A DNA stretch of 61,814 nt, filler included, from Sphacelaria rigidula (Eukaryota): assembly GCA_964200075.2 (NCBI GenBank). It is 7 parts of 7 records of this genome, joined end to end, with 100 filler letters (N's around TTAATTAATTAA, not from the genome) between each part and the next. Parts side by side here need not be neighbours in the genome. Positions count along the whole stretch, not along the records: positions 53,071 to 61,814 come from CAXNAA020010216.1; 6 more parts are not named here. The stretch is one strand, 5' to 3'. The position numbers and the translations under genes are program-made. The notes beneath the pieces are model-generated. The model was not told where the DNA came from. It did no database searches and was given only the letters and a program-made list of their open reading frames with translations. How positions within the stretch are numbered: the first letter of the stretch is position 1; the number at the start of each line of letters is the position of its first letter. Shown piece by piece: positions 60,710-61,814 of the stretch.

Positions 60710-60826
60710 CTGTTTCAGTAACAAAGCACGGAAGAGATCGGCGAACACACGGCCGTAGGTGAACCAGTCACGCATTCAAATAACGGGTGTACATGGAGAG
60801 TGATGCTACGAGAGGGATGGCCGGGG

Positions 60827-60870
<44 letters not shown>

Positions 60871-61814
60871 GTATTTTGGGCCATTTATTCCGCGAAGTTC
60901 CACCTCAAATGGTCGCCGGAAGCAGCAACGTTCGCTCGAACGCGCTTGTTACCCCAACAAGAACTCATGCATACCACTCGACACCGTTTTAGCCCAAATA
61001 CGAACGCACCGCGAGTAGTAAGGTCGGCTAGCACACCTGTGGGCCTCTATTTTTCGTGGAATCAACCCGTCCCCCCCCCCGCCCCCCCCCCCCACCCTCC
61101 TCCCCTAGTGTAACGTCACTCTGGAAATGCACACAGACACACACAGACACAGCTATTTAGCCCCGGGGGCAGTCGTACTAACTCGAGTCGCCTACTGATC
61201 CAGTCACATCAGAGAAATGAGAGCAAGCCCGACTCGAGCCACGCATCAGGGCAGGCCGACTATTAAGAGTCCATGTCCATGGTGTCTGATCATGCGACCA
61301 CGGCTGGATCCGTGGGGGGTCAGTTAAAGTGCGTCAATAAATGAATAAACCAATCAAATTTCAAAATTCCAAGGGTGGGACTAATAATGAATCGTCTGAA
61401 ATTACTTGAATTTAGTGTACTTGATTCGTACCGTACGATTCACAAACCTTGGGCGCTATTTTTAGAGATGCATGCACCCCAGGCAGGCAAGTGGGAGAGA
61501 ATAGCGCAATATCGCGTTGCGGAGAATCTTTTGGACCCCGGTCAACTTTTTCCTCTCTGTGGAGCAAATTGGTGAATCGAACCAGCGATGATTCGGCCCA
61601 CCCTTGCTACAACTTTACCCTTCATGCTTTCGCACGATGAGCATAAATGATGCGTTATTGTTATTCGATCTTGCACACCAAAATCAAGTAATTTTAACAC
61701 CTCGGCGGGGTTTCCGCTTCAAAATGACCCCTCTTGGAACAAAACGCATATATATATATACTTCCTCTGTCCGATAAGTCTTTATCGTTATGTTTGTACG
61801 AGCCCTTAACGATG

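Overview
This window is eukaryotic, intron-rich genomic DNA, most consistent with a stramenopile and probably a brown alga. That assignment is an inference from short exons, long repeat-filled introns and the repeat types. It is not one locus. Seven contigs of 8746, 8745, 8745, 8745, 8745, 8744 and 8744 bp are joined by six identical 100-bp linkers (N44-TTAATTAATTAA-N44), which indicates a length-sorted concatenation of unplaced contigs. Most of the supplied six-frame ORFs look spurious, so genes were rebuilt by hand from splice sites and exon phases. Genes found: a multi-C2-domain protein (minus, contig 1, with a probable GC-AG intron), an ankyrin exon (contig 2), two RAD1 (9-1-1 clamp) exons (contig 3), an intronless SPRY protein head-to-head with a CBS-domain protein (contig 5), a small secreted Ser/Thr/Pro-rich protein that may be GPI-anchored (contig 6), and a divergent SNF2-family ATPase (contig 7). 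Mobile DNA: a decayed Ngaro/DIRS tyrosine-recombinase retrotransposon with split direct repeats in apparent head-to-tail tandem (contig 4), two LINE 3' fragments, a cluster of ~100-bp piggyBac-type MITEs near a probable decayed piggyBac transposase, further hairpin MITEs, a tRNA-like SINE head and several minisatellites. I found no convincing novel multi-gene system and no CRISPR array. The best leads are the tandem Ngaro architecture, the MITE chain, the divergent SNF2 and the small secreted protein.
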